Below are positions 21,309 to 32,135 of a stretch of 64,000 nucleotides of DNA, one piece after another. Below the pieces are notes generated by a model. That model did no database searches. It saw only the letters and a program-made list of their open reading frames with translations, and was not told the DNA's origin. The DNA is taken from the NCBI GenBank assembly GCA_964581255.1, contig CAZOMT010000015.1:91186-155185 (forward strand). The letters run 5' to 3'. A program made the position numbers and the translations under genes. The stretch is from an uncultured Thermodesulfatator sp. (lineage in GTDB: Bacteria; Desulfobacterota; Dissulfuribacteria; Dissulfuribacterales; QOAL01). Position 1 is the stretch's first letter. The number at the start of each line of letters is the position of its first letter.

Positions 21309-22487
21309 ATGCGACCAGAATCCGCCAGGGCGGTCATAATTGCAATAATGGAAGATTTTGCCAAGGATACAGGCCTTTATCCGCCAACATCCACTCCAAA
21401 ACGCTATTTGTGGACTGACGCGTTTGCGGTTTGCAACTTTTTGGAGCTTTTTAGGATCACTGGGGAGGCTAAGTACAAGGATCTTGCCATTTCATTGGTG
21501 GATCAGGTCCACTATGTCTTGGGGCGTTTCAGCCGGGATGATCCTAGAAATGGCTGGATTAGCGGCCTTGATGAAGACGAAGGAAAGAAGCATCCTACCA
21601 TAGGAGGCCTCAGGATAGGAAAGCCTCTCCTTGAACGAGGCCCTGACGAGCCCTTTGATGAGCGTCTTGAGTGGGACAGGGACGGCCAGTATTTTCATTA
21701 TCTTACCAAATGGATGCATGCGCTGAACAGGGTCAGCAGGGTCACAGGGGACCTCACCTACAATCGATGGGCCATAGACCTGGCAAAGACGGCCCATGCC
21801 GCCTTTACCTATGTTTCTCCAGTGGACGGGAAAAGGCGCATGTATTGGAAGATGAGTGTGGATCTTACAAGGCCACTAGTGCCATCCATGGGCCAGCATG
21901 ACCCTTTGGACGGTTACGTGACATATAACGAACTTGAGATGTGCGGCCCTAGGGATCTCATGGAGGAAGGTGAGTACCCGGATCTCATTGATGAGATAAG
22001 AGACATTGCCGGGATATGCCAGGGCATGGATCTTGTCACAGACGACCCCTTGGGGCTTGGTGGTCTACTTTTCGATTCAGCCAGGGTGACACAGATGATA
22101 CAAAGCCGATATATGGAAGATGTTGGCCTGCTGGTGAGCCTTCTCAACGCTGCCAGTGAAGGGCTCAGATATTTCATGGGTACTGGCCTCTTGGACCTTT
22201 CTGCACAGTACAGGCTTCCATTCCGGGAATTTGGGCTGTCAATAGGTCTGCACGGATTGAAGCGCATCAAGGATTGGATCAAGGAGGAGGACTCTAAGCT
22301 CAGGGGTTACAAGGGGCTTGACGAGGTGGTTGCCAAGCTTTTCGGGTATTATCACCTTACAGAAAAGATTGAAGGCTTTTGGCTCGACAGTGACAATCAG
22401 ACTGTTCAGACCTGGATGGACCACAGGGACATAAATTCCGTGATGTTGGCCACCAGCCTGGGGCCAGATGGCTTTGTCCTGATCTGA
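21309..22487 (+). CDS. Uncharacterised soluble protein
   Basis: Long ORF that I trimmed to the ATG at 21309, which is preceded by GGGGG. I recognise no motif. The sequence is helix-rich (YLWTDAFAVCNFLELF, QYFHYLTKWMHALNRV). Confidence 0.6.
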   Translation: MRPESARAVIIAIMEDFAKDTGLYPPTSTPKRYLWTDAFAVCNFLELFRITGEAKYKDLAISLVDQVHYVLGRFSRDDPRNGWISGLDEDEGKKHPTIGGLRIGKPLLERGPDEPFDERLEWDRDGQYFHYLTKWMHALNRVSRVTGDLTYNRWAIDLAKTAHAAFTYVSPVDGKRRMYWKMSVDLTRPLVPSMGQHDPLDGYVTYNELEMCGPRDLMEEGEYPDLIDEIRDIAGICQGMDLVTDDPLGLGGLLFDSARVTQMIQSRYMEDVGLLVSLLNAASEGLRYFMGTGLLDLSAQYRLPFREFGLSIGLHGLKRIKDWIKEEDSKLRGYKGLDEVVAKLFGYYHLTEKIEGFWLDSDNQTVQTWMDHRDINSVMLATSLGPDGFVLI

Positions 22488-22824
22488 GTGTACTAGTCGC
22501 AATTTCAGAATTGGCAGTCAGAGTAGTCTGAAAAATTTGGAAAAAGGGTCTGATTTTTGGCATAATGGTTCTTGTTTTCCTTTTGGTATTGGGTAAGATA
22601 GGATCAATCAAAGAAGCAAGCCCAGGTTTAAGTCTGATATCTCCGTATTAAATACCTTTACAAGAAAGATCTTCATCAGGGCACTCCAGGATTTTCACTT
22701 GAGGCCTTTATGCTGCCGTCGTCCTAGGCAATAGGCAGCTGGAGATATACCTCTCGTAGAAAAAAGAATCCCGGTGCTTACAGGTTTGCAGGCGTTTTTT
22801 GCGCTTTAATCTTCAGGAGGAATA

Positions 22825-24624
22825 GTGAAACAGGAAAGATTGAGAAATGTGGCCATCATAGCCCATGTGGATCATGGGAAGACAACCCTTGTGGACCAGC
22901 TCTTCCGCCAAAGTGGCATGTTTAGAGAAAATCAGAAAGTGGAAGAACGCCTCATGGACTCCATGGATCTGGAAAGGGAACGGGGCATTACCATTGCCTC
23001 GAAGAATGGCTCATATGTGTATCAGGATTACCGTATCAACATAATAGACACTCCTGGCCATGCCGATTTTGGTGGCCAGGTTGAGCGTGTGTTGCGTATG
23101 GCTGACGGGGCTTTGCTACTTGTTGATGCCCAGGAAGGACCCATGCCCCAGACATTTTTCGTTGTTAAAAAGGCCCTTGCTGCAGGTTTGCCCATACTGT
23201 TGGTTGTCAACAAGATAGACAAGGAAGCAGCCAGATGTGACTGGTGTGTGGATCAGGTCTTTGATCTTTTGGCAAGGCTCGACGCTCCAGACGAGATTCT
23301 GGATTTTCCAGTGGTTTATGGTTCTGCCAAGGATGGCTACATGGTCTCAGACCCTGAGGAGACACCGGTGCCAGGAAAGGGCATGGAACTCATTTCAGAG
23401 ATGATAATAAGGCATGTGCCGCCGCCCACAGGAGATCCAGACAACCCACTTCAGCTCCAGATCAACACCATTGATTATTCCAATTACCTTGGAAGGCTCG
23501 GAATAGGAAAGTTGGCAAACGGCACACTTGGAATAAACGATTCGGTTGTTGTCTCAAAGAGAGACGGGAGCATAAGCCCTGTGCGGATCACCAAGATATT
23601 TCGTTTTGAAGGCAACAGGCAGGTGCCTGTGGAAAGGGCATTCACCGGAGATATAGTAGCGGTCGCAGGCATGGAAGATGTTACCGTTGGTGTGACATTT
23701 ACTGATCCGGCAGACCCGAGGCCTTTACCATTGATAGAGATCGATCCACCAACCATATCCATGAATTTTGTGCCCAACGATGCGCCATTTGCTGGCAAGG
23801 AGGGTAAATTTGTCACATCAAGGCATCTGGAGGAACGCCTCAAGCGGGAAACCCTTGCCGATGTGGCCCTGAAAGTTGAGCCATTGACCCAGGGTATTGG
23901 TTTCAAGGTCTCTGGCAGGGGAGAGCTGCATCTGTCCATCCTCATCGAGAAGATGAGGAGGGAAGGTTATGAATTTCAGGTCACAAGGCCAACGGTCATA
24001 ATGAAGAGGGAAGACGGGCAGACCCTGGAACCATATGAAGAGCTAACTGTAGACGTTGATGAGAAATATCAGGGGGTTGTGATCGAAAAGCTGGGCAATT
24101 TGAAGGGCGTTCTAAAGGATATGCAAGTTGAAGGTGGCATGGTGCGTATGAAATTCGAGATCCCTACCAGGGGGCTTCTTGGTTACCGCTCCCAATTTCT
24201 GACAGATACCAGGGGAATGGGTATCATGAATTATGTGTTTTCCCACTGGGGGCCATACGCAGGCGAGATCCAGAACAGATCGAGTGGAGTCATGATAGTA
24301 AAGGAGAATTGCACCAGCGTGGCCTATGCGCTTTTCAACCTGCAAGAACGAGGCAGGCTTTTCATCAAGCCTGGACAGGAACTATACAAGGGCCAGATAA
24401 TCGGCGAACACTGCCGGGCTGCCGATCTGGTGGTAAACCCGGCCAAGGGGAAGAAGCTTACCAATATGAGGGCCTCTGGTTCTGACGAGGCCGTGGTTCT
24501 TTCTCCGCATCATGAGATGAGCCTTGAAGACTGTATTGCCTATGTGAACGATGATGAGCTGGTTGAGGTTACACCAAAGGCAGTAAGGCTCAGAAAGCAC
24601 CATAGCGCCAGAATCAGGGCATGA
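22825..24624 (+). CDS. typA: Translational GTPase TypA/BipA
   Basis: 599 aa with a GTG start. Motifs are NVAIIAHVDHGKTTLVD, DTPGHADF and NKID, and the length is typical of BipA. Confidence 0.96.
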   Translation: MKQERLRNVAIIAHVDHGKTTLVDQLFRQSGMFRENQKVEERLMDSMDLERERGITIASKNGSYVYQDYRINIIDTPGHADFGGQVERVLRMADGALLLVDAQEGPMPQTFFVVKKALAAGLPILLVVNKIDKEAARCDWCVDQVFDLLARLDAPDEILDFPVVYGSAKDGYMVSDPEETPVPGKGMELISEMIIRHVPPPTGDPDNPLQLQINTIDYSNYLGRLGIGKLANGTLGINDSVVVSKRDGSISPVRITKIFRFEGNRQVPVERAFTGDIVAVAGMEDVTVGVTFTDPADPRPLPLIEIDPPTISMNFVPNDAPFAGKEGKFVTSRHLEERLKRETLADVALKVEPLTQGIGFKVSGRGELHLSILIEKMRREGYEFQVTRPTVIMKREDGQTLEPYEELTVDVDEKYQGVVIEKLGNLKGVLKDMQVEGGMVRMKFEIPTRGLLGYRSQFLTDTRGMGIMNYVFSHWGPYAGEIQNRSSGVMIVKENCTSVAYALFNLQERGRLFIKPGQELYKGQIIGEHCRAADLVVNPAKGKKLTNMRASGSDEAVVLSPHHEMSLEDCIAYVNDDELVEVTPKAVRLRKHHSARIRA

Positions 24625-24644
24625 CAGTTTATGGAAAGGAGAAA

Positions 24645-24721
24645 TGGTCGGGACGAGAGGATTTGAACCTCCGACCCCAGCGTCCCGAACGCTGTGCTCT
24701 ACCAGACTGAGCCACGTCCCG
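24645..24721 (-). tRNA. tRNA-Pro (anticodon CGG)
   Basis: The reverse complement is CGGGACGTGGCTCAGTCTGGTAGAGCACAGCGTTCGGGACGCTGGGGTCGGAGGTTCAAATCCTCTCGTCCCGACCA. It folds as a cloverleaf with anticodon loop TTCGGGA. Confidence 0.94.
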
Positions 24722-24829
24722 ACCGTGCTGGCCCTCAAGGATATTCCCCGGATGGCCAAGTTGTCAACAGGCGGCAGTGCCTCTTCTGAATGGGATTTCA
24801 GGCAGAAGGTGCCGCCTTGTCAATCATAT

Positions 24830-26140
<1,311 letters not shown>

Positions 26141-26420
26141 TTATCTTAAATGATCTGTCATTACGTCATGGATTTGAATTTGACAAAGGCTGAATAAAGA
26201 ATTTTTCCCTATTCAATCATGAGGTCAATTTCTACTGCAACTTCCCGAGTATGCAAGCCCTTGCGGGGTGTTGCAGGTGCGGGGCAAATGGGGCAGACTG
26301 TCTGTGTAGATCCCCTGGCAACACAGCAGGTGCCGTACCCTGCAAGGGCATATAAGTTATTTATAATTGCGCAAACATACAAGTCAAGGATTTGATTTTT
26401 GCCCATAAAGGAGTAATACC

Positions 26421-26618
26421 ATGTGTCAGTCTGCTGTTTATCTGGTTGAAGACGGAGAAGAAAAGGAGCTCAAAAGGGATGTTGTCCTGGTCGAACCTGT
26501 AGAAGGCGGGGTGCGCATTCAAGGCTTTTTTGAGACACCAACTGTAATCCCCGCAAGGATAAAGAGGATCGATCTGTTGAAGCACAGGATAATACTTGAG
26601 CCGATCCAGGAGCTCTAA
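26421..26618 (+). CDS. cooT: CooT-family small nickel-binding protein (probable)
   Basis: 65 aa starting with MC (Cys2). The pattern MCQSAVYLVEDGEEKELKRDVVLVEPVEGGVRIQGFFETPTVIPARIKRIDLLKHRIILE matches my recollection of the CooT family. A good RBS (AAGGAG) precedes the start. Confidence 0.6.
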   Translation: MCQSAVYLVEDGEEKELKRDVVLVEPVEGGVRIQGFFETPTVIPARIKRIDLLKHRIILEPIQEL

Positions 26619-26654
26619 ATCAGTAACGGCTAGTCTATACCTAATGGAGTTGAA

Positions 26655-28049
26655 ATGAGATACATTAGCACCAGGGGTGGAATAGAACCTGTTGAATTCA
26701 GTCAGGCGGTCATGATGGGCCTTGCTACAGACGGTGGCCTGCTGCTGCCTGAAAGGTTGCCAGTCGTTGATGAACCAATACTTAAGAGGTGGCAGGATCT
26801 GGAATATCAGGACCTGGCCCTTGAGATCATGTCCATTTTTGCATCTGACGTCCCCCATGAGCAACTTAAGGGGCTTATTTCAAGGTCGTATACTTCATTC
26901 GATACCCCAGAGGTTACCCCCATTGCCTCACCGGGGGATTATTTGATCCTGGAACTTTTTCATGGGCCAACCTTGGCATTCAAGGACGTGGCGCTTCAGT
27001 TTCTGGGGAATTTTTTTTCCTGGCTTCTCGATGAGAGGCAGGAGCATATGAATATTCTTGGGGCTACTTCAGGTGATACGGGGAGCGCTGCTATTTATGG
27101 AGTAAAGGGCAAGGCGAACATAAACATCTTTATCCTTCATCCCCATGGACGTGTTAGTCGTGTCCAAGCCCTTCAGATGACAACTGTTCCAGACCGCAAC
27201 GTCTTCAATATTGGAGTAGAGGGCACCTTTGACGACTGTCAGGCCATTGTTAAGGCCATTTTTAATGACCTCGAATTCAAGGACAGGTATCGCCTTGGCG
27301 CCATTAATTCCATAAATTGGGCACGTGTGCTGGCCCAAGTGGTCTATTATGTCTATGCGGCCCTGAAACTGAAGAAACAGGGCGCAGAGACCGTTCATTT
27401 CTCAGTGCCCACAGGAAACTTTGGTGATATTTTTGCCGGTTATGTGGCCAAAGGGCTTATTAAGCCTGTAATCGGCAAGCTGATTCTCGCTACAAATGAG
27501 AACAATATCCTTACCAGGTTTGTCATGGAGGGTATTTACGAAAGAGGCAAGGTCGTTTCCACCATTAGCCCCTCAATGGATATCCAGATAGCGAGTAATT
27601 TCGAACGGTATCTCTATTACTTGTATGCACAGGATGCCTCGAGAGTTGCAGAGGCAATGAATGAATTTGAACAGACAGGAAGGATTACCTTCAGTGAGGA
27701 TGAAAAGAAACGGGCCAGGCACGATTTCATCTCTGCCTCTATTGATCAGGATGAAACCAAGGCCACCATCAGGGATCTCTACACCCAAACCGGATATGTG
27801 GTGGACCCTCACACCGCAGTAGGTCTTGCCGCATACAAACGGCTTAAAGGCGAACTTGAAAAGGGGCCTGTGGTATGCCTTGCGACAGCTCACCCGTGCA
27901 AATTCCCTGAAGCAGTGGCAGAAGCTACAGGAAGGGAGCCTGAGCTTCCTGAGAAGATGAGAGGCCTTGAAGACATGCCGCAGCGTTTGGTGGTTCTTCC
28001 TGCCTCTGTTGATAAGGTGAGGGATTACGTGAGGCAAAACGCCCTCTGA
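26655..28049 (+). CDS. thrC: Threonine synthase
   Basis: 464 aa with MRYISTRGG and HGPTLAFKDVALQF (the PLP lysine). It is the long form of ThrC. Confidence 0.95.
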   Translation: MRYISTRGGIEPVEFSQAVMMGLATDGGLLLPERLPVVDEPILKRWQDLEYQDLALEIMSIFASDVPHEQLKGLISRSYTSFDTPEVTPIASPGDYLILELFHGPTLAFKDVALQFLGNFFSWLLDERQEHMNILGATSGDTGSAAIYGVKGKANINIFILHPHGRVSRVQALQMTTVPDRNVFNIGVEGTFDDCQAIVKAIFNDLEFKDRYRLGAINSINWARVLAQVVYYVYAALKLKKQGAETVHFSVPTGNFGDIFAGYVAKGLIKPVIGKLILATNENNILTRFVMEGIYERGKVVSTISPSMDIQIASNFERYLYYLYAQDASRVAEAMNEFEQTGRITFSEDEKKRARHDFISASIDQDETKATIRDLYTQTGYVVDPHTAVGLAAYKRLKGELEKGPVVCLATAHPCKFPEAVAEATGREPELPEKMRGLEDMPQRLVVLPASVDKVRDYVRQNAL

Positions 28050-28061
28050 TAAGGTAAAGGT

Positions 28062-29396
28062 TCAATCCCCTTTATAGAGCCTTTTCCTTGTTTCCTTTAC
28101 CAGCACCCCAGAAAGCCCTATGAGCCCGATAAGATTTGGTATCGCCATTGCGCCATTCATGGTATCTGAAAAGTTCCAGACAAGATCCACCTTTTGGAAT
28201 GCGCCTAAGGCAATGGCCAGACAAAATATGAACCTGTATGGCATCCTTGCGCCTATTCCAGTGATGTAACAGATGCACTCCTCCCCATAATAGGCCCAGC
28301 CAATCATTGTGGAATAGGCGAATATGGCGAGCCCCACGGTCACCACCATGCCCCCTGTCCCAGGTAGTGCGGTTTCGAATGCAAGATAGGTGAGGGCGCT
28401 CGAGGTAAGTCCACTTTTCCAGGCGCCAGTGGTGAGTATGGCAAGGGCGGTCATTGTGCAAATAATGATGGTATCAAAAAAGACACCTGTCATGGCGATA
28501 AGCCCTTGGCGTACAGGGTCCTTGGTCTTTGCTGCCGCATGGGCAATGGGTGCGCTTCCAAGTCCTGCCTCATTAGAAAACACGCCCCTTGCGACCCCGA
28601 ACCTGATAGCCTGTGAGATGGTTGCTCCAGCAAAGCCTCCTGCAGCTGATGCTGGAAGGAATGCATATTTCATGATGAGCATCAGTGCTTCCGGGATCTG
28701 GCCAGCATTGATGCACAATATGGTTACTGCGCCAAGCACATAAAAGAGCCCCATCAAGGGCACGATCTTTTCTGTGACTTTTCCAATCCTCTTGATGCCA
28801 CCTATTATCACAATTCCTGTAAGAAGGGCCAGCACGACTCCTGTTGCAGCTTCTGGTATGTGCCAATGCTCCTTCAATACAACGGCCACCGAATTAGATT
28901 GGACCATGCTGCCTATTCCAAAGGCCGCAACCGAACCCATGAGGGCAAATAACCATCCTAGCCATTTGATGCCAAGCCCTTCTGAGATATAGCGCATAGG
29001 GCCCCCTTGCATGGTGCCATCAGGAAGGATGTGTCGGTATTTCACTGCCAGGACCGCCTCTGCAAATTTAGTGGCCATTCCAAAGATGGCGCAGATCCAC
29101 ATCCAGAACACCGCTCCTGGCCCACCAAGGAATATGGCAGTGGCCACACCCGCTATGTTTCCTGTTCCGATGGTTGCAGAAAGGGCTGTGGTAAGTGCCT
29201 GCACAGGAGGGATGTCACCTTTGCCTTCACCCGTCCTGCCCTGTTTGATCAACAGTCCAAGGGCGGAGGGGAGTTTGGTAAACTGGACAAAACGGAGCCT
29301 TAGGGTGAGAAAAACGCCTGTGCCCACGAGGAGAAGCAGCATGTATGGGCCCCATACAAAGGAGTTTAGTGCAGATATGAGCTGATCCAAGTTCAT
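28062..29396 (-). CDS. Alanine/glycine:cation symporter (AGCS family)
   Basis: 444 aa polytopic protein with FVWGPYMLLLLVGTGVFLTLRLRFVQF and SNEAGLGSAPIAHAAA. Confidence 0.88.
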   Translation of the reverse strand: MNLDQLISALNSFVWGPYMLLLLVGTGVFLTLRLRFVQFTKLPSALGLLIKQGRTGEGKGDIPPVQALTTALSATIGTGNIAGVATAIFLGGPGAVFWMWICAIFGMATKFAEAVLAVKYRHILPDGTMQGGPMRYISEGLGIKWLGWLFALMGSVAAFGIGSMVQSNSVAVVLKEHWHIPEAATGVVLALLTGIVIIGGIKRIGKVTEKIVPLMGLFYVLGAVTILCINAGQIPEALMLIMKYAFLPASAAGGFAGATISQAIRFGVARGVFSNEAGLGSAPIAHAAAKTKDPVRQGLIAMTGVFFDTIIICTMTALAILTTGAWKSGLTSSALTYLAFETALPGTGGMVVTVGLAIFAYSTMIGWAYYGEECICYITGIGARMPYRFIFCLAIALGAFQKVDLVWNFSDTMNGAMAIPNLIGLIGLSGVLVKETRKRLYKGD

Positions 29397-29415
29397 GGCT
29401 TATTTATTTTCTTGT

Positions 29416-30399
29416 TCAGGGAACCAGTACCGCAGCGCCCTTGATGGTACCGTTTCTTAGGTGGTCCAAAGCCTTGTTTGCCTCATGGAGCGGATACGTG
29501 GTGACATGGAGCTTTATGGGGTATCTGGCAGCTACTTCCATGAAGGAGTGGCCATCCTGTCTTGTGAGGTTGGCAACTGATTTTATCTCCTTTTCCCACC
29601 ACAAGGAGTCATAGGAGAAGGATGGTATATCAGACATGTAGATGCCTGCGCAGATGACAGATCCTGCCTTGTCCACTACGGAAAGCGCCTTTGGTACAAG
29701 TTGGCCTACGGGCGCAAATATGATGGCGGCATCAAGAGGTTCTGGAGGGATGGAACTTGAGCCAGAGGCCCATGTTGCGCCAAGCTCTTTGGCAAAGGAC
29801 TGCTTTTTTTCATCTCCATCCCTGGTGAATGCGAATATCTTTCTCCCCTGGTATACGGCCACCTGACAGATGATGTGTGCTGCTGCGCCAAAACCATAGA
29901 GCCCTATCTTTTGCCCTCCTTTGGCCATTTGATACGATCTGTATCCAATGAGTCCTGCGCAAAGCAAAGGGGCTGCCTCAGAAGAAGAGTAACCTTCAGG
30001 TATTCGGTAGATGTAATCCTCATAGGCTACCGTGTATTCGGCATAGCCTCCATCAACTGTGTAGCCAGTGAAAAGGGCATTGTCGCAAAGATTCTCCAGG
30101 CCTTTCTTGCAAAATTTGCATTTGCCACAAGTGTGGGCAAGCCATGGAACCCCGACTCTGGTGCCTTTGCGGAATCTATCTGCACCTGGGCCTTTGTCTA
30201 CGATACGGCCAACTATTTCATGGCCTGGAATCAAGGGCAATCTTGGATGTTCCAGTTCACCGTCCACGACATGGAGATCTGTCCTGCAGACCCCGCAGGC
30301 CTCCACCTTTAACAGGACCTGGCCATTTTCAGGAACAGGTTTAGGGATATCCTTTTCTTTCAGGGGCCTTCCCTTTTGTTCAAGAACCATTGCACGCAT
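29416..30399 (-). CDS. Zinc-dependent alcohol dehydrogenase
   Basis: 327 aa with ACGVCRTDLHVVDGE, a structural Zn cluster (CGKCKFCKKGLENLC) and GFGAAAH. Confidence 0.9.
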   Translation of the reverse strand: MRAMVLEQKGRPLKEKDIPKPVPENGQVLLKVEACGVCRTDLHVVDGELEHPRLPLIPGHEIVGRIVDKGPGADRFRKGTRVGVPWLAHTCGKCKFCKKGLENLCDNALFTGYTVDGGYAEYTVAYEDYIYRIPEGYSSSEAAPLLCAGLIGYRSYQMAKGGQKIGLYGFGAAAHIICQVAVYQGRKIFAFTRDGDEKKQSFAKELGATWASGSSSIPPEPLDAAIIFAPVGQLVPKALSVVDKAGSVICAGIYMSDIPSFSYDSLWWEKEIKSVANLTRQDGHSFMEVAARYPIKLHVTTYPLHEANKALDHLRNGTIKGAAVLVP

Positions 30400-30411
30400 T
30401 TCTTATCACAC

Positions 30412-31482
30412 CTATATATCGGCTTCGCTGCCTGGGCTCACCTGCGCCCCTTGGAAGGTGGCCATTTCCAGATATATCTTCAAACCGGCCTCTATTATGC
30501 CCATTGCCAGAACAGCACCTGTGCCTTCCCCAAGCCGCATGTCAAGGTTCAAGATTGGCCTTAAGCCCAAAAATGCCATCTGCACCTTATGGCCCTGTTC
30601 CACAGACTGGTGGCCAGCAAAGAGGTAGTCTCTCACCTGTTTGCAAAGGGCCTGGGCCACGATGGCACCGGCACCAGAAATAAATCCATCCACCACGACA
30701 GGTATCTGCATCTGACACGCCTTTAATATCATGCCAGCAATACCTGCTATCTCAAAGCCACCCACCTTGGAAAGGCAGTCTATGGGGTCCTGGGGATTGG
30801 GATTGTTTATCTCCAATGCCTTTTTTATGAGAAATATTTTCTTGTTGTATGACGCCTGGTCAATGCCTGTACCTCTGCCAGTGACCTCGGCGGGATCCTT
30901 GTTGCAAAGAACGGCAGTCAAGGCACTCGCAGGTGTTGTGTTGCCTATGCCCATCTCACCTGTTGCCAAAAGCCCGGCGCCTTGGTCTATTGCCATTTTT
31001 GCTGCCTCTGCACCGTTCAGCATGGCCTTTTCCGCCTCTTGTTTTGTCATGGCTGGCCCCTTGACCATGTTTTTCGTGCCTCTTGCAACCTTCATGTGGA
31101 TAAGGCCTGGCATATTGTCAAAATCGTGGTCAACGCCTATGTCGATTACCTTGACATCCGCACCTATGTGTCTTGCAAGGACGTTGATGCCTGCGCCTCC
31201 TTCCAGGAAATTCCTGACCATCTGAAAGGTGACATCCTTTGGAAACGCACTGACCCCTTCATCAGTGACACCGTGGTCACCAGCAAAGACCAGCACGGCC
31301 TTTTCAGGCAGTTTTGGGCGCAAATCCTTTGTGATTGAGCAATATCTGGCAGCCAATTCCTCGAGGCGGCCGAGGCTACCCTTTGGCTTTGTAAGGTTGT
31401 CAAGATGTGCCTGGATCTCGTCTGCCTGGTGGAAGTTCAAAGGTGAGATAGATTCAACAAGATCTTTTAATTGGTTGTTCAT
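30412..31482 (-). CDS. cobT: Nicotinate-nucleotide--dimethylbenzimidazole phosphoribosyltransferase
   Basis: 356 aa with LTKPKGSLGRLEELA and GEMGIGNTT. Confidence 0.93.
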   Translation of the reverse strand: MNNQLKDLVESISPLNFHQADEIQAHLDNLTKPKGSLGRLEELAARYCSITKDLRPKLPEKAVLVFAGDHGVTDEGVSAFPKDVTFQMVRNFLEGGAGINVLARHIGADVKVIDIGVDHDFDNMPGLIHMKVARGTKNMVKGPAMTKQEAEKAMLNGAEAAKMAIDQGAGLLATGEMGIGNTTPASALTAVLCNKDPAEVTGRGTGIDQASYNKKIFLIKKALEINNPNPQDPIDCLSKVGGFEIAGIAGMILKACQMQIPVVVDGFISGAGAIVAQALCKQVRDYLFAGHQSVEQGHKVQMAFLGLRPILNLDMRLGEGTGAVLAMGIIEAGLKIYLEMATFQGAQVSPGSEADI

Positions 31483-31500
31483 ACTAACTTGACCTTTATC

Positions 31501-32082
31501 TCAAAGATTTCGGGATAGATTAAAGTGTGGAATAGTGCCCTTCAAGGCAAGGGGCAGCCCTGCGGCAACGAATATTACGGTAGCGCACAGGCTGGCCATT
31601 CGCTGGTTGAGTTGTCCCTGAATATCCCTGAACCTTCTACCCAGGGGACTTTCAGGCACAAGGCCCATGCCCACTTCATTGGAGACCATTATCACAGGGC
31701 TTGATCTGTGGATAAGGGTGTTAACCAGTTTTTCAATTTCCTTGTGCATGTCAACTCTATTTGTCAGAAGCATGTTGGAAAGCCACATTGTGAGGCAGTC
31801 TATCAGAATTACAGGAAGACTATCATCAGCGTTTTTTACTGCTTCGTATATTAAAAGGGGTTCCTCCACTGTAAGCCACTCAACTCCCCTCTGTCTCTTG
31901 TGCGCTGAGATGCGTTCTTCCATCTCTTGGTCAAGGGCCTGGGCCGTGGCAATAAACAGACCCTTTCTGCCTGTATGGCCAGCGCCATTGAGGAGTGTCT
32001 TGGCCAGATCCAGGGCAAAGGAACTCTTACCGCTTCTTGCGCCCCCAAGGACGAGTATATGCTGGTCAGCCATTACTACCAA
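31501..32082 (-). CDS. cobU: Adenosylcobinamide kinase / adenosylcobinamide-phosphate guanylyltransferase
   Basis: 193 aa with P-loop LVLGGARSGKSSFA and SNEVGMGLVPE. Confidence 0.9.
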   Translation of the reverse strand: MVVMADQHILVLGGARSGKSSFALDLAKTLLNGAGHTGRKGLFIATAQALDQEMEERISAHKRQRGVEWLTVEEPLLIYEAVKNADDSLPVILIDCLTMWLSNMLLTNRVDMHKEIEKLVNTLIHRSSPVIMVSNEVGMGLVPESPLGRRFRDIQGQLNQRMASLCATVIFVAAGLPLALKGTIPHFNLSRNL

Positions 32083-32135
32083 TATCCATTGAGCATGTCA
32101 CTGTTTCCGAGGAAGTTGGCCACCTTCACAACCCT

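Noticed and set aside
22490-22824. 335-nt gap upstream of typA, with a TGGCAT-N5-TTCTTG sequence and nested short hairpins (CTCCAG/CTGGAG, GCTGCC/GGCAGC).
   Set aside because: The sigma54-like match lacks the conserved -12 GC. The hairpins are short and could arise by chance. There is no basis for calling an RNA or a promoter.
24770-24816. Imperfect long hairpin between eno and tRNA-Pro (GGCGGCA...CTTCTG-loop-CAGAAG...TGCCGCC).
   Set aside because: It may be the eno terminator. It lacks a U tract on the minus strand and has a large asymmetric bulge, so it is not strong enough to annotate.
26209-26864. Minus-strand ORFs 26209..26406 (65 aa) and 26361..26864 (167 aa).
   Set aside because: The longer one is antisense to cooT and thrC. 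The shorter one runs through the GC-rich structured block, with no RBS or recognisable domain.
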